From Verrucomicrobiota bacterium (GTDB taxonomy: Bacteria; Verrucomicrobiota; Verrucomicrobiia; Limisphaerales; J093), in the NCBI GenBank assembly GCA_016716505.1, contig JADJWF010000002.1, positions 471,597 to 535,596 of the forward strand: DNA of 64,000 nucleotides. The letters run 5' to 3'. Of the stretch, positions 44,369 through 51,865 are shown in pieces. The notes below the pieces were generated by a model. That model had not been told where the DNA came from, searched no databases, and saw nothing but the letters and a program-made list of their open reading frames with translations. Numbering within the stretch: position 1 is the first letter of the stretch; every line of letters starts with the position of its first letter. A program made the position numbers and the translations under genes.

Positions 44369-46219
44369 TTGTGGGAGAATGACGGCGGGGTACGCACCAA
44401 CCACATGGAGTTTGGCACGCGGGTGCGGCAACGGGACAACGCAGCCGTGGACGCCACCGGCCACGCCACGGCCGTGGCTGGGACCATGGCGGCGGGCGGG
44501 GTGGGCAGCATCTTCGGTCAGTTTTACGAGGCGCGCGGCGTGGCATATCAAGCGCGCGTGTTTGCTTACGACTTGGGGAATTTCAAGAGCGAGCGCGAGT
44601 CGGCGGCGGCAGGCGACGCGACTAACGCGCCGGTGTTTCTGGGTAACCATTCGTGGGGGTTGGCGAACGGCTGGCGGCGGCACCAGACGATCACCAATCA
44701 GTTTGGCGCGGTCGTGACCAACGCTTGGGTTTGGTGGGGACCACCCGAAGCCAGTTTTCCCGAAGACCCAAAGTTCGGTCTTTATACCCGCACCAACATT
44801 CAGGATACCGGCTGCGTTCAAATTGACCAGTTTCATTACGCGGAGGCGCTGCGCCATTTGATGGTCTATTCATGCGGAAATGACCGTTTCGAAGGTCCGG
44901 GCACATCCCCGGGCACCTACTACTGGTTGAGCAACGGCGTTTTTGTTGCCAGCACGGTCACCCGCGACTGGCAGGACGGCGACGACGGCGGTTACGATTC
45001 ACTTTCCGCACCGGGCAACGCCAAGAACGTGTTGACGGTGGGCGCGTGCGAGGATGTCTTTTGGATCAGCAACACGTTCCTCTATTTCGGCATCGGGCCA
45101 GGAGCCAATGCGGTTCCAGCCCCTTTCAGCGGGGCCGGCCCGACCGATGACGGGCAGCTCAAGCCCGACCTAGTTGCCGTCGGCACGCCCAATCTCTGGT
45201 TGCGCGACTTGATGGGCCAGGTCAGCGGCACGAACATCCTGGGGTTGATCTCTCCCACGGTTGTGGCCACCAATCTCGGTGCGACCAACTTCTACGCCGT
45301 CACTGCTCGCTGCACGAGCTTTGCCGCGCCCGGCGTGGTGGGCGGGCTGGGCTTGGTGTTGCAGGGGCGGGCGCAACTGTATCCGCTGTTGACCAACGCT
45401 ACGGATGCGTGGCTGAACTCGACACTCAAGGCGGTAGCAATTGACACGGTGGATGACGTGGGCGCGGAAGGGCCGGATTATCGGTTGGGGCATGGGATTT
45501 TCAACGCCCGGCGTGCGGTGGAGCGCGTGGAACAGGACTACACATGGGGCCGTGGCTCGCTCATCAGAGAGTTCACGCTCTCGCCGACGCAATCGGTTTC
45601 GTGGGTCGTGACCGCCAGCGGCACGAAGCCGCTGTCCGTGACAGTAGCGTGGAGTGACCCGCCGGGGCCGGCCATCACCAACGTCGCGGCGGCGGACATG
45701 CCCAATCCAATGCTGGTCAACAATCTGGACGTGGTTGTGGAGCGACTTTCGGACAGCACCTTGTTCCGCCCGTGGGTTCTGAATCCCGATCTGACGAACA
45801 AGATGGCCAACGCCCGTTCGGCTGCGGCGACCCGCGGGGTGGACAACCGGAACAACGTCGAGCGAGTTTCGATTGCCACACCGTCAGCGGGTGAGTATCG
45901 CATCACCGTGACGCACTCCGGCGGGCTGCCGGGGAATCCCGCACCCAGCATGCAGAAGGTCTCAGTGGTTTCGGGCGGGGTGACGCCGCCAGCGCCGGTC
46001 ATCACCGCGTTGGAGAAATCACCCAGCACGAATGAGTTCCTGCTGACATTTGTGGCGGACCCCGGCGCTTATTTCACAATCTTGACCTCCACCAATGTTG
46101 CCACGCCTCTGTCCAACTGGACGAGCGCGGTTTCGGCGCTGGCCCAGAGCGTCACCAACACGGTGGTGTTGACCAGCAGTGCTGAGCATCGCTTCTGGGC
46201 GCTACGGCGCGGACAATGA
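44369..46219 (+). CDS. S8 (subtilisin-family) serine peptidase catalytic portion; the frame is open from 44312
   Basis: Asp box LALWENDGGVRTNHMEF, His box GHATAVAGTMAAGG and Ser box TSFAAPGVVGG, followed by beta-sandwich C-terminal domains. The TTG at 44369 is only the first listed start. Codons 44312-44368 are open and homologous (NLTGTNVTLA). Confidence 0.8.
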   Translation: MWENDGGVRTNHMEFGTRVRQRDNAAVDATGHATAVAGTMAAGGVGSIFGQFYEARGVAYQARVFAYDLGNFKSERESAAAGDATNAPVFLGNHSWGLANGWRRHQTITNQFGAVVTNAWVWWGPPEASFPEDPKFGLYTRTNIQDTGCVQIDQFHYAEALRHLMVYSCGNDRFEGPGTSPGTYYWLSNGVFVASTVTRDWQDGDDGGYDSLSAPGNAKNVLTVGACEDVFWISNTFLYFGIGPGANAVPAPFSGAGPTDDGQLKPDLVAVGTPNLWLRDLMGQVSGTNILGLISPTVVATNLGATNFYAVTARCTSFAAPGVVGGLGLVLQGRAQLYPLLTNATDAWLNSTLKAVAIDTVDDVGAEGPDYRLGHGIFNARRAVERVEQDYTWGRGSLIREFTLSPTQSVSWVVTASGTKPLSVTVAWSDPPGPAITNVAAADMPNPMLVNNLDVVVERLSDSTLFRPWVLNPDLTNKMANARSAAATRGVDNRNNVERVSIATPSAGEYRITVTHSGGLPGNPAPSMQKVSVVSGGVTPPAPVITALEKSPSTNEFLLTFVADPGAYFTILTSTNVATPLSNWTSAVSALAQSVTNTVVLTSSAEHRFWALRRGQ

Positions 46220-46902
46220 GCACTCGATGGCTCAACTGGCTGCTGCTGGCAGCCGGGCTGCTCGGCCCGGCTGCCTCAGCGGCACTGGCACAAGGCACCA
46301 TCATTACGACAGTTCTACCGTCTCCTTTAGGGATCTGGAGTCCCCTGAATACCCTGCTTTGGCCGATTGATCTGAATGGTGATGGACTGGAGGATTTCAC
46401 ATTCGCCGCCGACTACTCCGGAGTGGGACTGCGCACCGAGCGGGCGAATCGGGTTGTAGTGAGGCTGTCGCCGCCTCCGAACATTGGGGGACGGGTTGCC
46501 AAACTGGACGATGGATTTGAGGTTGGGTCTTCACTTGATCCGCAATTGGCATGGCTGTCCAGCGATCCAGTGGGCGGCTACGTTTCGCCGGGGGAATGGG
46601 CGTTTGCCAGCATTGCAATTGCTGTAAGCACTGGCGAATCCAGCGATTGGCCGAGCATTCCAGGGGCACGTGGTTTCATCGGCATTCAGTTCGAGCTAGC
46701 CGATGGGTTTCACTTTGGGTATCTCGATGTTCACATGGTGGCGGAAGGAGGAGGCGTGCTATTCGGCTGGGCCTACAATACGATCCCGAACGCCCCGATC
46801 ATCGCCAGTCCGGTGCCGGAGCCGTCCACTTGGGCGCTTGTGGTCGGAGGAGGAGTGGTGGTGGTGTGGTTCAGACGAAAGAGGAATGAAAGGAGGGGCT
46901 AA
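46216..46902 (+). CDS. PEP-CTERM sorting-domain protein
   Basis: Signal peptide plus the C-terminal VPEPSTWALVVGGGVVVVWFRRKR motif. ATGA overlap with the S8 peptidase stop. The stop codon TAA lies inside the GGCTAAC box. Confidence 0.85.
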   Translation: MSTRWLNWLLLAAGLLGPAASAALAQGTIITTVLPSPLGIWSPLNTLLWPIDLNGDGLEDFTFAADYSGVGLRTERANRVVVRLSPPPNIGGRVAKLDDGFEVGSSLDPQLAWLSSDPVGGYVSPGEWAFASIAIAVSTGESSDWPSIPGARGFIGIQFELADGFHFGYLDVHMVAEGGGVLFGWAYNTIPNAPIIASPVPEPSTWALVVGGGVVVVWFRRKRNERRG

Positions 46903-47034
46903 CCAGATCACTGGAGCGAACAGCCGCCCCGCTTCGCAGTTCGAGAGTCGCGGGCTTCGGCGAGACGTTCTGGTCGTCGAGAGTCACGGGCGTTAGCACG
47001 GCGGGGCGGCTGTCGCTCAGTTCTGGCGTTAGCC
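46897..47034 (+). repeat. attC-like site 2 (138 bp)
   Basis: GGCTAAC-CAGATCACTG-GAGCGAACAGCCGCCCCGC ... GCGGGGCGGCTGTCGCTC-AGTTCTGGC-GTTAGCC. The arms are complementary apart from extra bases (TC, G, A) in the 5' arm. The boxes match RYYYAAC and GTTRRRY with one mismatch each. The next ORF's ATG lies 3 nt after the box. Confidence 0.6.
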
Positions 47035-47036
47035 CT

Positions 47037-47765
47037 ATGAGAAACTGCATCCTGTCCCTCGCCGCATTCCTTCAAGCGTCGGTTTGTTTTGGCCAGGGGT
47101 CGCTTTACTCGTTCTCTGGGAACGTGAGCAGCCTCTTCTACGACGGTGGTGGCATTCTGGCGGCGCAGAATGTCACCGTCGGAGATCCTGTATCCGCCAG
47201 TTACATCGTTGATTTTGGAGCGCCAGGGTTCTACCGGCTCAACGATGGAACTGTTGATGTACCCGCCGACCCACCGTTGGGCAACGTGCATACGACGTAT
47301 TTCTACTGCCGTTTGGCCTCAGGCACGCTGCTGCCTGAAGCCAATGGAGGGCTGAATAATCGCCCCCAAGACGTGGCTGAGTACTTCACGGGCTGGAACC
47401 AGAGCAGTCCGATGGGAAATGAGGGGTTGTTGTGGGGAGGCACCGGTGATTCCTACTTCACCGTCCGGAAATCGAGCTTCACGAGCGAAAGCCAAGTGCA
47501 GGAATGGCAGGTCGGAACGGAGGTGCGTGGCGTCATTGTCGCTTACAGCGATCAGGATTGGTCTATAGCTTGGGCAGACATGCGGTTGGATTCCATTACG
47601 CCGGTGCCGGAGCCGAGCATCTTGGCGTTGCTTTGCATGGGCAGTGCGGCGTGTTTCGTGTGGAGTCGGCGAGGGGCTAACAAACCGGATGCACCGAACC
47701 CGGCAATAGCGCCTCAGTTTCACATCGGTCACCACTGGCGCCGGGTCGGTGATCCGGGTCGGTGA
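47037..47765 (+). CDS. PEP-CTERM sorting-domain protein with a read-through tail
   Basis: Signal peptide MRNCILSLAAFLQASVCFGQG. The PEP-CTERM motif is PVPEPSILALLCMGSAACFVWSRRG. About 30 further codons follow, translated from the attC-like repeat. Confidence 0.8.
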   Translation: MRNCILSLAAFLQASVCFGQGSLYSFSGNVSSLFYDGGGILAAQNVTVGDPVSASYIVDFGAPGFYRLNDGTVDVPADPPLGNVHTTYFYCRLASGTLLPEANGGLNNRPQDVAEYFTGWNQSSPMGNEGLLWGGTGDSYFTVRKSSFTSESQVQEWQVGTEVRGVIVAYSDQDWSIAWADMRLDSITPVPEPSILALLCMGSAACFVWSRRGANKPDAPNPAIAPQFHIGHHWRRVGDPGR

Positions 47766-47780
47766 TCCGGGTCGTTGGAC
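47675..47780 (+). repeat. attC-like site 3 (106 bp) containing a 13-bp tandem duplication
   Basis: GGCTAAC-AAA-CCGGATGCACCGAACCCGGC ... GCCGGGTCGGTGATCCGG-GTC-GTTGGAC. The 5' arm has extra G and A. GTTGGAC fits GTTRRRY exactly. GGGTCGGTGATCC is repeated in tandem (47743-47755 and 47756-47768). Confidence 0.55.
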
Positions 47781-47896
47781 GGGGCACGCGCCGGCGCGGG
47801 CGTACAGCCGCCGCCGGCCGGTGGCCACCGCCTCCGGCGCGCGGACGGCGGCCGGCGACCCGGGACACCCGCGCCCCGGCGTTCGTTTTCCCGGAA

Positions 47897-48137
47897 GACC
47901 GTTCGCTGCATGGCATCTTCACAGTGGCCAGCAACGTGGACAAGGGGTGTGATGACTGGTACCAGAGGGAGATGCACCACTGCTACGATGCTGGCGAACT
48001 GCGCCCGCCCGTCAGCGGCGAGAAGCGAGTGGTGCGCGGTGGCACCAGTTGGGGACGGCAGAAGCTATGGTTTCGCTGCGCGCGCGCCGCGGCCCCGCAC
48101 CCAACTCAGCAGCGCGCCCTGGGCCTTTTACGACCGC
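47897..48137 (+). pseudogene. Degenerate C-terminal fragment of an FGE-sulfatase (SUMF1-like) domain
   Basis: SLHGIFTVASNVDKGCDDWY...PVSGEKRVVRGGTSWGRQKLWFRCARA echoes the GLHDMHGNVVEWC...RGGSF...FR tail of the intact FGE gene at 31586-33745. It lacks everything upstream of that tail. Confidence 0.4.
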
Positions 48138-48651
48138 CCAGCGGACCGCGTACCATCTGCAAGCGGCGTCACGCTCGACCCCGGGACGTCGCGCTTGAAG
48201 GCCGCGAACCCGAAGCGCCCCCCGTGCGGGTCGCGTTTGCGTTCGACGCTGCATTCGCCACCGTCGGCTGGCTGATCCCGGTGACCGCCTTCCGCGACCC
48301 GATCGAGCGCGTGCTCCTCCGCAAAGCGCGTTACGAGGTGGAGAAAAACCTCTCCCGCCTTGCCGCCGACTGGCGCGACCGGGTTACCGTGGTCATCGAA
48401 GAGTTGAGGCGACAAACCGAGCAGGCCGCCCAGAGCGAACTGGACTCGCTCGAGAACCTGCTGAACCAAACCGCGTCCACCGTGCCACGCCTCCGCGATC
48501 AAATCGCCGCATTGGAAGCCACCGCAGGCGATCCGACCCTCCCTCAATCTTGAGGGACGACGGGGTTCCCCGCCGCCGTTCAACCGGGACGCCGCCGTGC
48601 CGGCCGCGATCGCTTCTTGACGATCGTCGGGGCAAGGCGTAGCACGCCGCC

Positions 48652-49524
48652 ATGATTCACCTCGGACTTCATACGGACAACTGGCGTCCCCTGAGTGTGG
48701 GCTTTGAAGCCGCGTGCCAGAAGATCGCCGCCACAGGCCTGAAGCACATCGAATTCGCCGCGCTCGACGGCCAGAACTTCATCGCCGCGCTGGGTTACGA
48801 CCCGGGCGTTTCGCTCGAATCCAATCCCCGCGCGCTGCGGCGCTTCCTGGACAAGCTGGGTCTCCAGGTTTCGCAAATTGACGGGGCCTACCCGATGATG
48901 GGACCGAACGGCTCCGCCTACGGGGTTCATTACGTGACGCAGAGCATCCGGTTCGCTGCCGAACTGGGCTGCCCCATGGTGGATACGGTGGACGGCGCTT
49001 TTGAGACGCCCGGCTTCACGCGCAAAGAGGTCTTCCGGATCACCTGTGACAACTACCGCCAGTGCCTGGCGTGGGCCGAGGATTACCGCGTCGTCATCAA
49101 CGTCGAGCCGCATGGCCCGTACACGAACGACATCGAGTTTATGCGGAAGCTCTTCAAGGAGTTCGACTCTGAGTGGCTCCGCTGCAACTTCGACACGGGC
49201 AACACTTTCATCGCCGGCCACGACCCGCTGGAATATCTCAAGGCTCTCCGCGAATACATCGTTCACTGCCACATCAAGGACGTGAGCGCGGACCTGGCGG
49301 CGACGGTGCGCGGCGAGGAAACCGGCATCGGCAGCAGCATCGTGCCGGTCGGCGGCGGCGTGAACGCCGGGAACATCCAGCGATGCCTCGACTACCTGAA
49401 CGAAACCGGATGGGATGGCGTGGTTTCGATCGAGTGCCACGGCTCGGACGAAAACACCGCGGCCAGTGTGAAGTGGATGAAACAGGCGATCGCGAAGCAC
49501 CCGTCCAAGCCGCGGCGCAAATAG
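48652..49524 (+). CDS. Sugar phosphate isomerase/epimerase (xylose-isomerase-like TIM barrel)
   Basis: 290 aa with INVEPHGPYT, CNFDTGN, VHCHIKD and SIECHG motifs of the AP-endonuclease-2/xylose-isomerase-like family. Confidence 0.88.
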   Translation: MIHLGLHTDNWRPLSVGFEAACQKIAATGLKHIEFAALDGQNFIAALGYDPGVSLESNPRALRRFLDKLGLQVSQIDGAYPMMGPNGSAYGVHYVTQSIRFAAELGCPMVDTVDGAFETPGFTRKEVFRITCDNYRQCLAWAEDYRVVINVEPHGPYTNDIEFMRKLFKEFDSEWLRCNFDTGNTFIAGHDPLEYLKALREYIVHCHIKDVSADLAATVRGEETGIGSSIVPVGGGVNAGNIQRCLDYLNETGWDGVVSIECHGSDENTAASVKWMKQAIAKHPSKPRRK

Positions 49525-49569
49525 CCCGGCGCGCTGGCTTGCCTGTCCGCCACCTGCCGACGCCCCGCC

Positions 49570-50568
49570 TTGACGCTGGCCGTGATGCTCGTGATTGCGG
49601 CCCCTTGGATGCTGGTGCTCTCGTCGAAGTACGGGCGGTTCACCTTCTCAACCTCGGCCCCAATTGCGCACGCGGTGGTGGGGCCGGATCCGGCTGAACA
49701 AAGCCATCCTTTCGGCCGGATGTTTCACCGCCCTGCGCCGGGGCGGATCACCGCCTGGGAAGACCCGTCCGACATGCCTTACCGCTATTGGTCGCCCTTC
49801 GAGAGTTCGGCGGCGTTCTGGCATCAGCTCGCAGTTTGCCGGGAGCACGCGCGCACGGTGCTCGAGTTGCTCCGGAGTTTTGACTGGTTGATGCTCGGTC
49901 CCATCGCCTGTCTTTACGGAGCGGTTCTGCTGGCGCGGCGAGGGCGGCCGGCTCTGGGCGAATGGTGGCTGGCGGCAGTCCTGCCCCTCGCTGCGCTGGG
50001 CGGGGTGTATCTGCCGGTGTATCTCCAGCCCGTGGATCAGCGCTATCTCTACGCCGCCTGGCCGTTGTTGTACGTGCTCGCCGCCGGTTGCCTCGCGGAA
50101 GTAGCTCGGCGGAACAAGGACTCCACCCTGTTGCGCCCACTGTTGCGCTGGCTGCCGTTGGCGTCTTTTGGGCTGCCGGCGATGATCAGCCTCGCCGGAG
50201 CCCTGGTGGGCTATGCCAATCCAGCCGCCGAAGCGGCGTCGGTCCTGGCACGCCGGCTCCAACGAGCCGAAATCACCGGTCCCGTGGCCGGTTCCGGAAT
50301 GCTTTACGGCGGTCGTACGGGCCTTTACGTGGCGCACCTGACGGGGCAACCCTGGCTGGGCGATGAGCCCCGGGCGGACGCAGAGCGCTACGCGGCTTCG
50401 GGAGCTCGGCTGATCGTGGTGCCACGCCGGCACCCCGTTGCCGCCCTTCTCGCGGCAAGTCCGCGATTCACGGATCTCGATGCCCGACTCTTCACCGACC
50501 GGGCCGAGGCGGAAGGCTTTCCACTGCGCGTTTTTGAACGGGCGCCCGCCGATCCGCCAACACCCTGA
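49570..50568 (+). CDS. Hypothetical membrane protein (resembles only the C-terminal half of ArnT/PMT-like glycosyltransferases)
   Basis: 332 aa with several TM segments and then a soluble tail. TTG start (the alternative ATG is at 49585). The family assignment is weak. Confidence 0.5.
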   Translation: MTLAVMLVIAAPWMLVLSSKYGRFTFSTSAPIAHAVVGPDPAEQSHPFGRMFHRPAPGRITAWEDPSDMPYRYWSPFESSAAFWHQLAVCREHARTVLELLRSFDWLMLGPIACLYGAVLLARRGRPALGEWWLAAVLPLAALGGVYLPVYLQPVDQRYLYAAWPLLYVLAAGCLAEVARRNKDSTLLRPLLRWLPLASFGLPAMISLAGALVGYANPAAEAASVLARRLQRAEITGPVAGSGMLYGGRTGLYVAHLTGQPWLGDEPRADAERYAASGARLIVVPRRHPVAALLAASPRFTDLDARLFTDRAEAEGFPLRVFERAPADPPTP

Positions 50569-50584
50569 GCCGGTGAACCGGTTT

Positions 50585-51082
50585 TCAACCCAGTTGCAGA
50601 CGCGGGTCAGAATCCAACATCGCGTCAAGCTTCGGCCAGTTCACGCCGTTGGTTGCCTTGAGAATGTTCAGGTAGATGATCGCCTTCTCGCGATCATGGT
50701 TGGCGAGGAGGGCTGAGACGGCGGCCTCGAGCTTGGCGTCATCCATCGTCGCCGGGAACTCCTCGACGACGCCCTTGTCGTGCTTGACTCCCAGTGCGTC
50801 GAGGAAGCTGGTGATGAGGGGCGTTTCCGCCTTGAGCAGCCAGCCGCGGAGCAAATTGGCGGCGGCCTCCTCCATCCGGGGGCGGGTGAGGGCGCTGAGC
50901 ATGTCGGCGTGACGCTGCACCCGCGGCTTACGCTCGAGAAACAGCGGCCGCACGCGGTTGGCGGCGGCCACAGCCGCCAAAACGGTCCGGTACAGAACCT
51001 TGTCCGATTGGTAGGCGTACTCGAGAATCCCCTGTGACAGGGCGGGTGAGACAAATCCGATCAATTCATGGCACTTGAGCAT
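50585..51082 (-). CDS. Hypothetical protein (helical)
   Basis: 165-aa ORF with an ATG start and balanced, helical-looking composition. I recognise no family. Confidence 0.55.
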   Translation of the reverse strand: MLKCHELIGFVSPALSQGILEYAYQSDKVLYRTVLAAVAAANRVRPLFLERKPRVQRHADMLSALTRPRMEEAAANLLRGWLLKAETPLITSFLDALGVKHDKGVVEEFPATMDDAKLEAAVSALLANHDREKAIIYLNILKATNGVNWPKLDAMLDSDPRLQLG

Positions 51083-51649
51083 GGCAACTCCTGATTCGAT
51101 ACGGTTCCGGCGCGGCGCTTGGTGACCGTGTCGCGCACTACTCCAAAAGCCCTGTCTGGTGCCTGCGCCCGTGGAACCGGCTTTCCAAGCCGACGGCGAC
51201 CGCGGCAGGCGATAACCGCCGCAGCCGAATGAGGCAAGGCATTTTTCCGGAGCGCGCGGACACCCGGTAGTGCTGGTGAACTGTCGGTTGGCGCGGGCGA
51301 CCTCGAGGCGGATGGGATGGCAGCGGAATTGGGGTTTGGCTTGTGACCAGTGGTCCCACCGCCACGCCCAAGAGGGAAGTCGGATTCGCGGCCCGATTCC
51401 AAGTTGCGTTTGCTGTCGCTCAACTCAGATGACAGGTCCGGGCGAACGCAGCACCGCGCCGCGCGTTACAGAGCAGGGCTGAAGAGGGCCAGCAGCCGCG
51501 GCAAACGATCGAGAGCGGCCCGGAGGACGGGATGATCCCGCTGCAGCCACGCCGGGTCAAACGCCCGGGCCGGTTCCGGAATCGGCGGGAGCGCGGATGA
51601 AGCAGACCGGAGAGCTTGGTCAACTCGGGGATGAGACACACCAGCGGGA

Positions 51650-51725
51650 TGGTAGCGCGTATGGGAATCGAACCCATCTTTCAGCCTTGAGAGGGCCGTG
51701 TCCTAAACCGATAGACGAACGCGCC
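51650..51725 (-). tRNA. tRNA-Glu (anticodon CUC)
   Basis: Hand-folded 76-nt cloverleaf: acceptor GGCGCGT/ACGCGCT (with G1-U72), D arm GTCT-ATCGGTTTA-GGAC, anticodon arm CGGCC-CTCTCAA-GGCTG, T arm ATGGG-TTCGATT-CCCAT, discriminator A and an encoded CCA. Confidence 0.82.
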
Positions 51726-51865
51726 AACCCGTAATGAGAGTGAACCTCCGGGTCTTGGGCTTGTCAACAGCCCCGGCTTCGCCTTCTGCCCAAGCGTCAA
51801 GCACGGCGCGACGTCTCACCGCATCGGGTCTTGACCGCAGCCCGGCGCGTTGCGAGAGATGGCGC

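Larger units (their letters stand above)
42420..47780. mobile_element. Putative decayed chromosomal integron (intI remnant plus attC-like sites and cassettes)
   Basis: A divergent intI-like fragment is followed by ORFs, each terminated by an attC-like imperfect inverted repeat with RYYYAAC-like and GTTRRRY-like boxes. The base composition here is visibly more AT-rich than the flanks. See findings. Confidence 0.55.

Noticed and set aside
47743-47774. Tandem 13-bp repeat as a CRISPR or minisatellite
   Set aside because: There are only 2.5 copies with no spacers, and the repeat lies inside the stem of the attC-like repeat. It is better explained as a local duplication.
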